IMG/VR virus record: IMGVR_UViG_3300047160_020099
Location: 32,001-96,000 of that record
Source of the DNA: a virus
DNA: 64,000 bases
Reading direction: 5' to 3' (one strand)
Part shown: one piece after another, positions 56,224-64,000 of the stretch
Position numbering within the stretch: the stretch's first letter is position 1
Layout: each line of letters opens with the position of its first letter
The notes under the pieces: model-generated
The model's database searches: none
Told to the model about the DNA's origin: nothing
Seen by the model: the letters and a program-made list of their open reading frames with translations, nothing else
Position numbers and translations under genes: made by a program

Positions 56224-58957
56224 GACGACTTCTCCGGATCGAGTTCCTGAAAACTTGAACCTGCTGGTGGACTGGACGAAAGCCTTGACAGCGATGGACG
56301 TCGGCGGTGTAGGCAACTACTTGCCATGCACGGTGCGCTGCCCGGGTTGTGCAAATAACACCTTGACCATCTATCAGGATACCACGCTCGGTGGTCAGTG
56401 GGGATACTGCAAGACGTGTCGGCTGGGCGGTGACCTGATCAAGTTGGTTAGCCGCTGGACCATTGGACATTTACACACCGCTTTGGCGTGGTTATACAAC
56501 CGCCAAGCGCTTACCTGTGCCGCTTTGCCCAGCACAGAGAGACTCAATGCTTATGACGCCTGGTATTCCGAGCGCATCAAGCAGACGACACTCTTCTGGG
56601 GACAGGCTCAAGTGAACCTTGTCACCGGGAAGGAAGGTGCTTCAGCCTTCCAGTTCATTGACGAGACCGATCGCTCCAGGCTGGCCGACGGCATTGGCCG
56701 TTTCGTCGGCGTCGCCACCCGAGAACAGGTCGCGGCTTTCCTGGCACCACACAACATACGCCATCTCTTTCCACCTGCCAAGCGGCACGGCGTTCGTCGC
56801 AGCTGGCAGAATGCATTGATCATCCCCTTCCAGGATTTCCCTGGCCGCATCTCCGCCTTCGCCCATTGCATCCACGAGGGTTACCTGGAGCCTGACGTTG
56901 CATACGTGGGGACAGCCTCCGCATTGCCTAACAGCAAGGTCCAAAGGCCTGGCGGTATCGCGATGCTTGACGCCCTATTGCAACCTCCTACGGAGCCATT
57001 CCATGACACCGCGTTCGTACTGCTGGACCCGATCCTGGCACTCCACCTGCAAACCCGACACCTGGCACACAGCCTCGATTACAACCTACTGCCCGTGGTT
57101 GGACTCTGGCCCGGCGCCGACGAAGCCCCGCTCCGCGTATTGGCTCCTACACAGAACCTGGTCTTCTGGGCGCCCAAGCTGACGGCAGATGTATTCCGTC
57201 ATGCCCGCAAGGCTAACGCCAAGATTGCGGTCTGCACAGCGGCCCGGGAGAAGCCAGAGAAACAGCAGAGCAGGTACGCAGTCTCCAAGTGGTTGAAGGA
57301 CCGCGAAGACCAGGCATTGCCGTGGGGTACTGTTCTTGAGGAACACTTACGCACCTTGCCGCCCGTGGAGGCAGAGGCTCTCCTGACCCAGGCCGGTCTG
57401 ACTGGTGAGGAGCTGCGGCAGTTCATAGCCGGTTGCGGAAAGGTCTTGCGCGAACGGCTTGGCACACTATTCACCCAGCACGGCTGCGACAAATGCGTGA
57501 ATGTCAGCAAACACACTGTCATCGAAACGGAGCGAGGCTGGGAACTGCTCAAGCCCCGGGAGTTGATCTGCGACGCCAAGTTGCGTGTCGATGAGGTTAT
57601 CCACCTGCCGGGCAGTGGACGCAGCTACGGACAAGGCTACGTTGTCTACAAGGGCGAGGAGTTACCTTTCACAGCGGAGCTTCACGAGCTGGAGACCAAA
57701 CCCTTCCTCTTCATGAGAAAGCTGCTCATCGAGCACAACAAGGGGCTGCTTCACGCTAATCAGCAATGGCAACGACATGGCTGGAACATTGCCCAGCAAT
57801 TCCACCCGCCGAAACTGGTTCGTGGTGTGGACCACTATGGCTGGGACCCTGTCGAGAACCGTTGGGTCTTCCCTGGTTACTTCATCGACAATCTTGGCAA
57901 CGTCCACGAGCACAAGTTGCCGCGGCCGAAGGTGCGAGGCCTGCCGGCGCTGAATCTCGGCAAGCCACAGGAGTTGCTACCTGATCAGGTTGAACTGCTG
58001 CATAAGTGGAACGATCCGGCTGTGCCAGCACTATGGTCTCTCCTGACGGCAGTGTTGCACAACTTGCTGGCAAGTCCTTACGCCTATGTCGCTTCCGGCA
58101 TTGCAGTCGTTGGTGACGAGTCTGGAAGACGGGACTGTCTGACGCTGGCGCAAGCGCTGGGCTGCCCCATCATGGCCTCGTCAGCCAGCATGCCAGCTGG
58201 CATTGCCGAGCGAATCCAGAAGGAGGAAGCCGACTCCGCATGGCCCGTCCCCATCGAGGGCTTCAAGCGAAGCCCTGGCTGGCGGTACTGGTTCGAGTTG
58301 AAGCCACACAACTGCGTCCTCGGTCTGGACGAGCTGACAGCGTATGTGGGGATGGTCAATGGAGGCTGGTTCTATCTGGAGGCTGCCAACCGGCCCGCAG
58401 TGGAACCAAAACACCTGGAAGTAGCCGCCGTCATGCTGCCTAGCTTCCTCCAGTGGCTGGCCAAGCGGCGCATGGAGCGGACGCTCTGGAGTGAGTCCTT
58501 GCCACTGAATCAGGTTATCGCCGACCTGAGTGCCTGGTTCAGGGAAGCTGGCGGGGCTGTTGATGTGGCTGCCAGGATGAATCGCAAGCTAACCGGCGAA
58601 TACAAGGGCTGCGTCACAGACTATTTCGCCAAGCTCTTGATGAAGCTGTACGAGGAAGGAGCCATTCTTTCACGGCGCGTCGGCTTCAAGTCGGCACAGA
58701 AGACATCGGTCATCTTTATGCCGGAGCGCGACGGGCTGTGGATACCGAAGTCCGGCGTGAATGTCGTTCTCGGCCATCGCAACCTGCCCGGACTGAACAT
58801 CGATCGCGTGACCAGGGCTCTGAACGACGAGAACGTGTTGCTCGACGAGTGTGATTGCCAGGGCACAGCCGGCTGGCTGGTCACAGAAGCCTGGTGGAAC
58901 GAGCAGCAAAAGCAATGGCGTGGTGGGCGTAAAACAGAGCTCAAGCTAGCGAGGTGA
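56222..58957 (+). CDS. Large protein with N-terminal primase-type zinc finger; putative primase-related replication protein
   Basis: RCPGC...YCKTC..GGDLIKLV zinc-binding motif; IIPFQDFPGRISAF; no clear Walker A; start may be 56293. Confidence 0.65.
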   Translation: MTTSPDRVPENLNLLVDWTKALTAMDVGGVGNYLPCTVRCPGCANNTLTIYQDTTLGGQWGYCKTCRLGGDLIKLVSRWTIGHLHTALAWLYNRQALTCAALPSTERLNAYDAWYSERIKQTTLFWGQAQVNLVTGKEGASAFQFIDETDRSRLADGIGRFVGVATREQVAAFLAPHNIRHLFPPAKRHGVRRSWQNALIIPFQDFPGRISAFAHCIHEGYLEPDVAYVGTASALPNSKVQRPGGIAMLDALLQPPTEPFHDTAFVLLDPILALHLQTRHLAHSLDYNLLPVVGLWPGADEAPLRVLAPTQNLVFWAPKLTADVFRHARKANAKIAVCTAAREKPEKQQSRYAVSKWLKDREDQALPWGTVLEEHLRTLPPVEAEALLTQAGLTGEELRQFIAGCGKVLRERLGTLFTQHGCDKCVNVSKHTVIETERGWELLKPRELICDAKLRVDEVIHLPGSGRSYGQGYVVYKGEELPFTAELHELETKPFLFMRKLLIEHNKGLLHANQQWQRHGWNIAQQFHPPKLVRGVDHYGWDPVENRWVFPGYFIDNLGNVHEHKLPRPKVRGLPALNLGKPQELLPDQVELLHKWNDPAVPALWSLLTAVLHNLLASPYAYVASGIAVVGDESGRRDCLTLAQALGCPIMASSASMPAGIAERIQKEEADSAWPVPIEGFKRSPGWRYWFELKPHNCVLGLDELTAYVGMVNGGWFYLEAANRPAVEPKHLEVAAVMLPSFLQWLAKRRMERTLWSESLPLNQVIADLSAWFREAGGAVDVAARMNRKLTGEYKGCVTDYFAKLLMKLYEEGAILSRRVGFKSAQKTSVIFMPERDGLWIPKSGVNVVLGHRNLPGLNIDRVTRALNDENVLLDECDCQGTAGWLVTEAWWNEQQKQWRGGRKTELKLAR

Positions 58958-58958
58958 C

Positions 58959-59312
58959 ATGGCTGAGAAGAAGACGATCTTCTTCCTGGAGATCGTCAGC
59001 GAAGGGACGGTAATCAGCGGCACGGCACATACAACAGAGGAGCATGCCAAACACTGGTTGGCTGAATGGTGTCGAAGTCAGTGGCTAGAGCAAAACGAGC
59101 TCGATCCTGACGATTTCCTCAATCCGGCTGAGGTCGAACTGATAGAAGATGAGTGGGAAAAGCCGTTGTCCGATGATGACAACGAAGCCACGAGCACGTA
59201 CTTCGAACACTGGGATCCAGAGGAAAGCTTCGATCTCGACGAACTGCTTCTTGACCCGCCGCTTCCTGGTGAAGAGCCTGTTGAATCAGGGCATCCCGAA
59301 GAAGCCGTCTAG
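58959..59312 (+). CDS. Highly acidic hypothetical protein
   Basis: GAGGTGA RBS; very D/E-rich. Confidence 0.75.
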   Translation: MAEKKTIFFLEIVSEGTVISGTAHTTEEHAKHWLAEWCRSQWLEQNELDPDDFLNPAEVELIEDEWEKPLSDDDNEATSTYFEHWDPEESFDLDELLLDPPLPGEEPVESGHPEEAV

Positions 59313-61253
59313 GTCGTTGCCGCCGCCCATTATCCACGGACTTTCCGGCGCCACCATGTTGAGCTGCTGCTCTGATAGCTTGATGTTGGCCAGAGCAGCC
59401 GTATCCGGCCAGCCTCGCTGCCACCACAAAGCACAGCACGCGAAATTGACGGCATGGGCGAAGTCGTCCTGCTGACCAGCCGCCCGCATGATCGTGTAGA
59501 TATCCCGCCCGCGGGCCATCTCGATCTTGTTCTCGGTCAGGGCCAGGAAGTCGCGTATGAGCCCCGGATTGTCCTTGTTCTCGTAGTCGTACCTGAAGAA
59601 GCGGATCTGGCCCAGCTTGATCATCAGGCAGGTCAGAACCAGGCTACGCGCCTTGTCGAGGATCCAGTAATCTCGGGAGTGCTTCTGCTCCGAGCGGTGG
59701 TAGACCATGATGTTCTGCGTGGCAGTAGCCTGATAGACAAGCGGCACTACACGCTCGATCGGCATACCGGAGTGTACGATCAACGCTTCGCGGCCAGAGC
59801 CGGCGCCGTTGTAGTCGTGGGCTAGCTGGTCGCAGCTGAACGCGTTGAAGACCTTCATGACGTCCACAGCTTCTTCGATCTGCATGGCCGGGTTCAATAG
59901 TTTCCGTCCGTAGATGACGTCGATCCTGCCATCGCCGCGCATGCCGGCAACAGCCATCTTTGTATACGAAATGATCTGGCTATGGCCTTCGATCTTGTTG
60001 CTGTCGCCGCCACCACCCCAGTCCACGCCAAGCACACAGTTCGTATATTCGCGCCGGTGACTCAGTGCTTCAGTCGGCACTTTGCGGCCCAGCAGGTCGT
60101 TGTCCCACTCAAGCACAGACGCCTTGACCAGATCGGTTTCCGTTACCAGCTTGATGCCCTGGTCGCAGCTCTCGCCCAGCACTTCGTTGTCGAATGTGGC
60201 CGGTGAGGTGTTGTTACGTCCTTCCCGTTTGCCCAGCAACTCCTTCCACATGTCGTGGTCGGCGTAGTGGATGGGCATGATGATCTGCGGGATGTGGTAG
60301 CCGGGGAAGTCCCATCGCCTTTGTTCATACCGGTGGACCCAACGCCCCTGGCGAGGAAAGACAGATCGGCCACAGCCGGCACAGATAATCCCAGGGCGAG
60401 CTTCGCTGATGTCGGGATGAAGAGGCCCAATCATCTTGTCCAGATCGAGAGCCTTGCACGGGAAGTTCAGCTTGCCACACGCCTGACAGGGTATGGCCCA
60501 CTCGGCCTGGCTGGAGTCCTGCCACAACGTTTCGATCGTGTTGTCGATGGTCTTGGGCGTGCCGGTGAAAAGCTTGAGCCGCCACGGGGAGTGTGAGCTG
60601 ACTTCCTCGATGACCGGGATCAGGCTATCCATCATGTCCTGGACTTCGTCGTAGTTGATAGCGTCGGCCGAGATACCGCGGACACGGTCAGCATCAGTCA
60701 GTGCAAATGAGAAGAACATCTTTGAGCGGTTCTTGAAGCTCCGTTGCAAGACGGAGTTCTCTGTCTCTGTTCCGGTCCACATGTCACGCACTGGCGAGTC
60801 ACTGATGAAGGGCCGGACATACTGTGTGGAGAAACGCCGCACCTGTTCGTAAAGCGGCGTGACAACAAGCGTGGTGAAGTGTGGGATGGCGTTGGACAGG
60901 GTTATGCTCCTGGCCGCCATGCTGGTGCTCTTGGCCACCTGCCGAGCTGTCTTGTAGAGCACCTCCCGAGCCATACGGCAGTTGAATACCGTTTCGAACG
61001 GGTAATGGTCGTCCAGTGTATATGGACGACCTTTCAGGTTCAGCAATAACGGCAGAAGCGGCACCATCGTACGCAAGCGGCCAGTTTCAGCCAGCTTGCG
61101 AAAGACAGCTATACGCTCCGTCCATGGCACCTTGTGGCCGCCGCTCGTTTCGGCAGCCAGTGCCATCAGCACCTTGCGCACCTGGTCTTCGTCGCTAACG
61201 CGGTGCTGACCACTATATGCAGTTATGGCCGCGCGTCCTTCTGTGGCCAACAT
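59286..61253 (-). CDS. terL: Terminase large subunit (GpA-like)
   Basis: KTARQVAKST Walker A, RVRGISAD..NYDEVQD Walker B, FTGTPKT, CxxC pairs, F.NEVLG, LGVDWG and DDFAHA nuclease motifs. Confidence 0.92.
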   Translation of the reverse strand: MLATEGRAAITAYSGQHRVSDEDQVRKVLMALAAETSGGHKVPWTERIAVFRKLAETGRLRTMVPLLPLLLNLKGRPYTLDDHYPFETVFNCRMAREVLYKTARQVAKSTSMAARSITLSNAIPHFTTLVVTPLYEQVRRFSTQYVRPFISDSPVRDMWTGTETENSVLQRSFKNRSKMFFSFALTDADRVRGISADAINYDEVQDMMDSLIPVIEEVSSHSPWRLKLFTGTPKTIDNTIETLWQDSSQAEWAIPCQACGKLNFPCKALDLDKMIGPLHPDISEARPGIICAGCGRSVFPRQGRWVHRYEQRRWDFPGYHIPQIIMPIHYADHDMWKELLGKREGRNNTSPATFDNEVLGESCDQGIKLVTETDLVKASVLEWDNDLLGRKVPTEALSHRREYTNCVLGVDWGGGGDSNKIEGHSQIISYTKMAVAGMRGDGRIDVIYGRKLLNPAMQIEEAVDVMKVFNAFSCDQLAHDYNGAGSGREALIVHSGMPIERVVPLVYQATATQNIMVYHRSEQKHSRDYWILDKARSLVLTCLMIKLGQIRFFRYDYENKDNPGLIRDFLALTENKIEMARGRDIYTIMRAAGQQDDFAHAVNFACCALWWQRGWPDTAALANIKLSEQQLNMVAPESPWIMGGGNDLDGFFGMP

Positions 61254-61337
61254 TGTTTCCCCATATGTTTGACAGACTGTCATCCGACAGCTGTCCGTTT
61301 CGTCACACGTTACCAGCTACCTAGCTTTGAGGTAACC

Positions 61338-61505
61338 ATGTCCAAGCGTGATTCTGACTCTCTGGTTGTCAACCTCGCCGGTCCGGTTGTCGTGAGCGGT
61401 TTGATCATTGCCGCTAGCGGTGGTGGTTTCATGCCGCTTCTGGGCATGCTGTTCGGTCTCTATCTTAGCAGCAACGCCCTCAAGGAGGTTGATAGGCATA
61501 AATAA
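61338..61505 (+). CDS. Small membrane protein
   Basis: GAGGT RBS; two hydrophobic stretches. Confidence 0.65.
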   Translation: MSKRDSDSLVVNLAGPVVVSGLIIAASGGGFMPLLGMLFGLYLSSNALKEVDRHK

Positions 61506-61516
61506 GGAGGTAACGG

Positions 61517-61837
61517 TTGAGTGAGATCGTGATCTTGGCGCTGGCAGTGCTCTCGCTGCATACAGCGTGGTATGAGGGCAGCATGTTCGCTGTCTGGCGA
61601 GAGCATGTCGAAGCCTGGCGAGGGTTGAGCGGCTACAAAAAGCCGCTCGCCTTCGTCGGCGAACTGCTAGGCTGCAAGTTGTGCATGTCGATCTGGCTGG
61701 CCATCCTGCTGGCCGTCTTGTTCAAGCTGACGCCTGCCGTCTTCGGCGGCTGGTGGGTTCGTATATGCGATGCCCTGCTGGCTGCTCTGGCCGCGGCGGC
61801 ACTCATCCAGGTCTATCACCACTGGCTGGATGAGTAG
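61517..61837 (+). CDS. DUF1360-like membrane protein
   Basis: TAAGGAGGT RBS; TTG start; GELLGCKLCMSIW motif; three hydrophobic segments. Confidence 0.72.
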   Translation: MSEIVILALAVLSLHTAWYEGSMFAVWREHVEAWRGLSGYKKPLAFVGELLGCKLCMSIWLAILLAVLFKLTPAVFGGWWVRICDALLAALAAAALIQVYHHWLDE

Positions 61838-61846
61838 TGCAATACT
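61833..61846. repeat. Dispersed palindrome variant AGTAGTGCAATACT
   Basis: One mismatch; overlaps a TAG stop. Confidence 0.6.
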
Positions 61847-61859
61847 CGTGGAGAGGTTC

Positions 61860-62216
61860 ATGTCACCCGAAGCAAAACGCAAGATGATCTTCGAGAAGGT
61901 GCTGGCCACGCTGAAACGAGCAACGGACGGCGTGCTGGAAGACTATGCCGAGGTTGAGTCGGTAGCCGTGGTGGTTACCTGGAAGGGCGGACTCAGGGAG
62001 TTGCCCATCGGCTTTCTGATGGGACCAGCCGGCCCGCTCTCCGAAGCAGAGCTGGCAAGAACGATCGAACAACTGGCCAGGATGCTCGGCTTTGCCACGG
62101 CACAGGCTGAGAAGCTGGCCATAACGAGAGTGCAACACCATGCGCAGCAAGGCAACCCCACGAACGGAGACCAGGGTCCAAAGACAGATACGCAAGGTAA
62201 CAGGGAGGACGAGTAA
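61860..62216 (+). CDS. Hypothetical protein
   Basis: GGAGAGG RBS before ATG 61860. Confidence 0.7.
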   Translation: MSPEAKRKMIFEKVLATLKRATDGVLEDYAEVESVAVVVTWKGGLRELPIGFLMGPAGPLSEAELARTIEQLARMLGFATAQAEKLAITRVQHHAQQGNPTNGDQGPKTDTQGNREDE

Positions 62217-62802
62217 GCTTGGTCCTCTTGTCATGGCACCCGTCGGCCAGGTGCTGGGCGAGCTCGGCGTTGCACCAGACGGCTGGGACGCCCTGTTGGT
62301 TGGCGACGGGTCTGGCATCTCGTGGGACCGCGGCTGTGGCTGGGCGACAGTTCTCATTGACCATTACACCAACCTCCGTAAGGATTTTCGCGGCGCCATG
62401 ATGCCGGGAACCGTGTACCTGAGCGAGCTCCTGGCATATTTCCACGCCCTTTTGTGGTACATTCGCGGCCCCGGCAAGATAAGGTTGCGTTCACTCCTCC
62501 ACAACAAACCTGGCGAGCGGGTGAAGGTCCATATCATCACGGACAACGAGAGCGTCGCTCTTCAGGGCCGCGGCGAGTACTCTCGCAAGATGAGTGAAGA
62601 AGTCTGGGCCGGCATGGATGCGATAGCCATGAAGGGCTACGAGCTACACTGGCACTGGATGCGACGGGACAGTCTCGGCCTCAATCAACTGGTCGATCAT
62701 CTGTCCAGGGAATCCCGGATAGCAGTTGAAGGTGTGAAGCTACCGCAGAATACTTCCATCTACGATTTCAACCGAAATGGAGAGACCGATGACAAATCTT
62801 GA
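62140..62802 (+). CDS. RNase H (type I-like)
   Basis: VGDGSG, SELLA, IITDNE, WHWM.R...N.LVD acidic catalytic pattern; start may lie downstream. Confidence 0.8.
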   Translation: MRSKATPRTETRVQRQIRKVTGRTSKLGPLVMAPVGQVLGELGVAPDGWDALLVGDGSGISWDRGCGWATVLIDHYTNLRKDFRGAMMPGTVYLSELLAYFHALLWYIRGPGKIRLRSLLHNKPGERVKVHIITDNESVALQGRGEYSRKMSEEVWAGMDAIAMKGYELHWHWMRRDSLGLNQLVDHLSRESRIAVEGVKLPQNTSIYDFNRNGETDDKS

Positions 62803-62986
62803 CCATCTGTATCAGGGCGTCAGAATGAGCGGCGACAAGAAAGTCGAGGAACAGTGGGACAGACTTAGTGGTGCTTTGTATGATCTTGATCGCCAGCACC
62901 CCGACCCTGTTACCGGCGAATTTGTTCAAGTGCGTGCCGAGATGTTGAATGAACTTCTACACGCGTATCGCGATATGACTGCCTGA
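62789..62986 (+). CDS. Small hypothetical protein
   Basis: GGAGAG RBS; overlaps previous stop. Confidence 0.6.
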   Translation: MTNLDHLYQGVRMSGDKKVEEQWDRLSGALYDLDRQHPDPVTGEFVQVRAEMLNELLHAYRDMTA

Positions 62987-63099
62987 TTTCCCGGCATTTT
63001 TTGTCAGCTTGCCTGCTGAAGCCTCGACACATAGAATCGGGGTTCCGGCCAGTTTTCAGTTCGTCACCGGCGTCGAAGCCGGTTTCAGGAGAATACGTT

Positions 63100-64000
63100 A
63101 TGTCGGCTACTCTTGTTGAAGGGCGTGGAACCACGCGCAACGGTACCGGGCGACATCTCGACACGATTGCCAAGCGGGACGGGCGACAGGTGCCCTTCGA
63201 TCAGCAGAAAATCTTCGCGGCAGTGAAGCGATGTTTCGTCAATGGGACGCACACATCGGAGGATACGGCCCAGAACCTTGCCACGCAGGTCTCGACGGCC
63301 GCCATCAACGTTCTCAAGCATCACGGCGAACCTGTCTCTGTCGAGCATGTGCAGCGGGTGGTGATTCAGCAGCTGTGGGCACAGGGTCATTTCGAAGCGG
63401 CCGAGCACTACCAGAACTATCGGGAAGAGCGACGTCGTGCTCGTGAAAGACGACAGGCGATAGATCCCGCTGATACAAGACGAATCACCGAAGATGCTAA
63501 ACATTTCCCAACGCCTATCCAGTATTTCCAGTTCCTGGATAAGTACGCACGCTGGAATGAAGTTAAGGGACGTAGGGAAACTTGGCGTGAATGCTGTGAC
63601 AGGGTGTTCACCTTTTTACGCAGTCGTCCGGTTCTTAACAAAGTGCCGGAAGAAACCTGGGCCATGCTGGATTCTGCTGTGTATGGCTTACAGGTCAGTC
63701 CAGCCATGCGCATTGTGCAGATGGCTGGCCCGGCATTGGAGAGATGTAACTCTGGTGCGTTCAATTGTTGTTACACCGCTTGTGATGATCTGATTGTCTT
63801 CCCCGAAGTCCTATATCTGCTCATGCAGGGCTGTGGTGTCGGTTTCTCCGTGGAGAGCCATTACGTTGATCAGTTGCCTCGCATTAAGAAGCAGAAAGGG
63901 TCATCAGCACGGACACTCCGTATTGATGATTCGACAGAAGGATGGTGTCACGCCTACCGCGAAGGCATTCTGGCTTGGGCGAATGGCGACGATGTCGTCT
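63100..64000 (+). CDS. nrdJ: Class II (adenosylcobalamin-dependent) ribonucleotide reductase with N-terminal ATP cone; truncated by the window edge
   Basis: Manual translation from ATG 63100 (AGGAG RBS): IAKRDGRQVPFDQQKI ATP cone; KYARW...RRETW.E; PAMR; FNCCY; LLMQGCGVGFSVE; IDDSTEGW. Confidence 0.92.
   Translation, partial: MSATLVEGRGTTRNGTGRHLDTIAKRDGRQVPFDQQKIFAAVKRCFVNGTHTSEDTAQNLATQVSTAAINVLKHHGEPVSVEHVQRVVIQQLWAQGHFEAAEHYQNYREERRRARERRQAIDPADTRRITEDAKHFPTPIQYFQFLDKYARWNEVKGRRETWRECCDRVFTFLRSRPVLNKVPEETWAMLDSAVYGLQVSPAMRIVQMAGPALERCNSGAFNCCYTACDDLIVFPEVLYLLMQGCGVGFSVESHYVDQLPRIKKQKGSSARTLRIDDSTEGWCHAYREGILAWANGDDVV

Larger units (their letters stand above)
1..64000. mobile_element. Segment of a large myovirus-type bacteriophage genome, probable Planctomycetota host
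   Basis: Sheath, tube, tape measure and baseplate genes in phage order, plus terminase large subunit, RNR, RNase H, homing endonucleases and dense co-oriented small ORFs; no cellular housekeeping operon. Confidence 0.93.

Noticed and set aside
61338-61837. Holin or lysis cassette
   Set aside because: Small membrane proteins are present but no endolysin is recognisable nearby, so the call is unsupported
756-61846. The 14-bp palindrome as a CRISPR repeat, IS end or known LexA/NrdR box
   Set aside because: Copies are kilobases apart, there is no transposase or target duplication, and it does not match the consensus boxes I know
1-64000. Alternative genetic code or diversity-generating retroelement
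   Set aside because: Long genes are intact under code 11 with all three stops in use; no reverse transcriptase or template/variable repeat pair seen

Overview
The window is a 64-kb internal segment of a large tailed dsDNA phage (myovirus-type, roughly 60% GC by eye, standard code 11). The host is most likely a Planctomycete (Gemmata-like), inferred from a TIGR03000-like domain, a planctomycete cytochrome c-like protein and TIGR02996-like ADWLE motifs. Layout: small accessory genes (1-2.9 kb); head, decoration and neck genes (2.9-16 kb); contractile tail and baseplate genes (16-44 kb) interrupted by two free-standing endonucleases, a sigma-70-family sigma factor and a cassette of four exported proteins, two with CxxCH heme motifs; a ~670-nt gene-free, almost fully base-paired candidate large ncRNA (45113-45778); an intein-containing AAA+ ATPase with DUF3150-, DUF1257- and DUF2997-like partners; a primase-like gene; a minus-strand terminase large subunit; RNase H; and a class II ribonucleotide reductase that runs off the right edge and is missing from the ORF track. 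Three signals are not explained by the gene list: the large structured RNA, a 14-bp palindrome AGTATTnnAATACT scattered 13 times at gene junctions and inside genes, and a fixed-spacing TAAA-N14-GYGRCATT promoter-like motif. No major capsid, portal, tRNA, rRNA or CRISPR array was recognised. All family assignments come from motif recognition by eye, not database searches.
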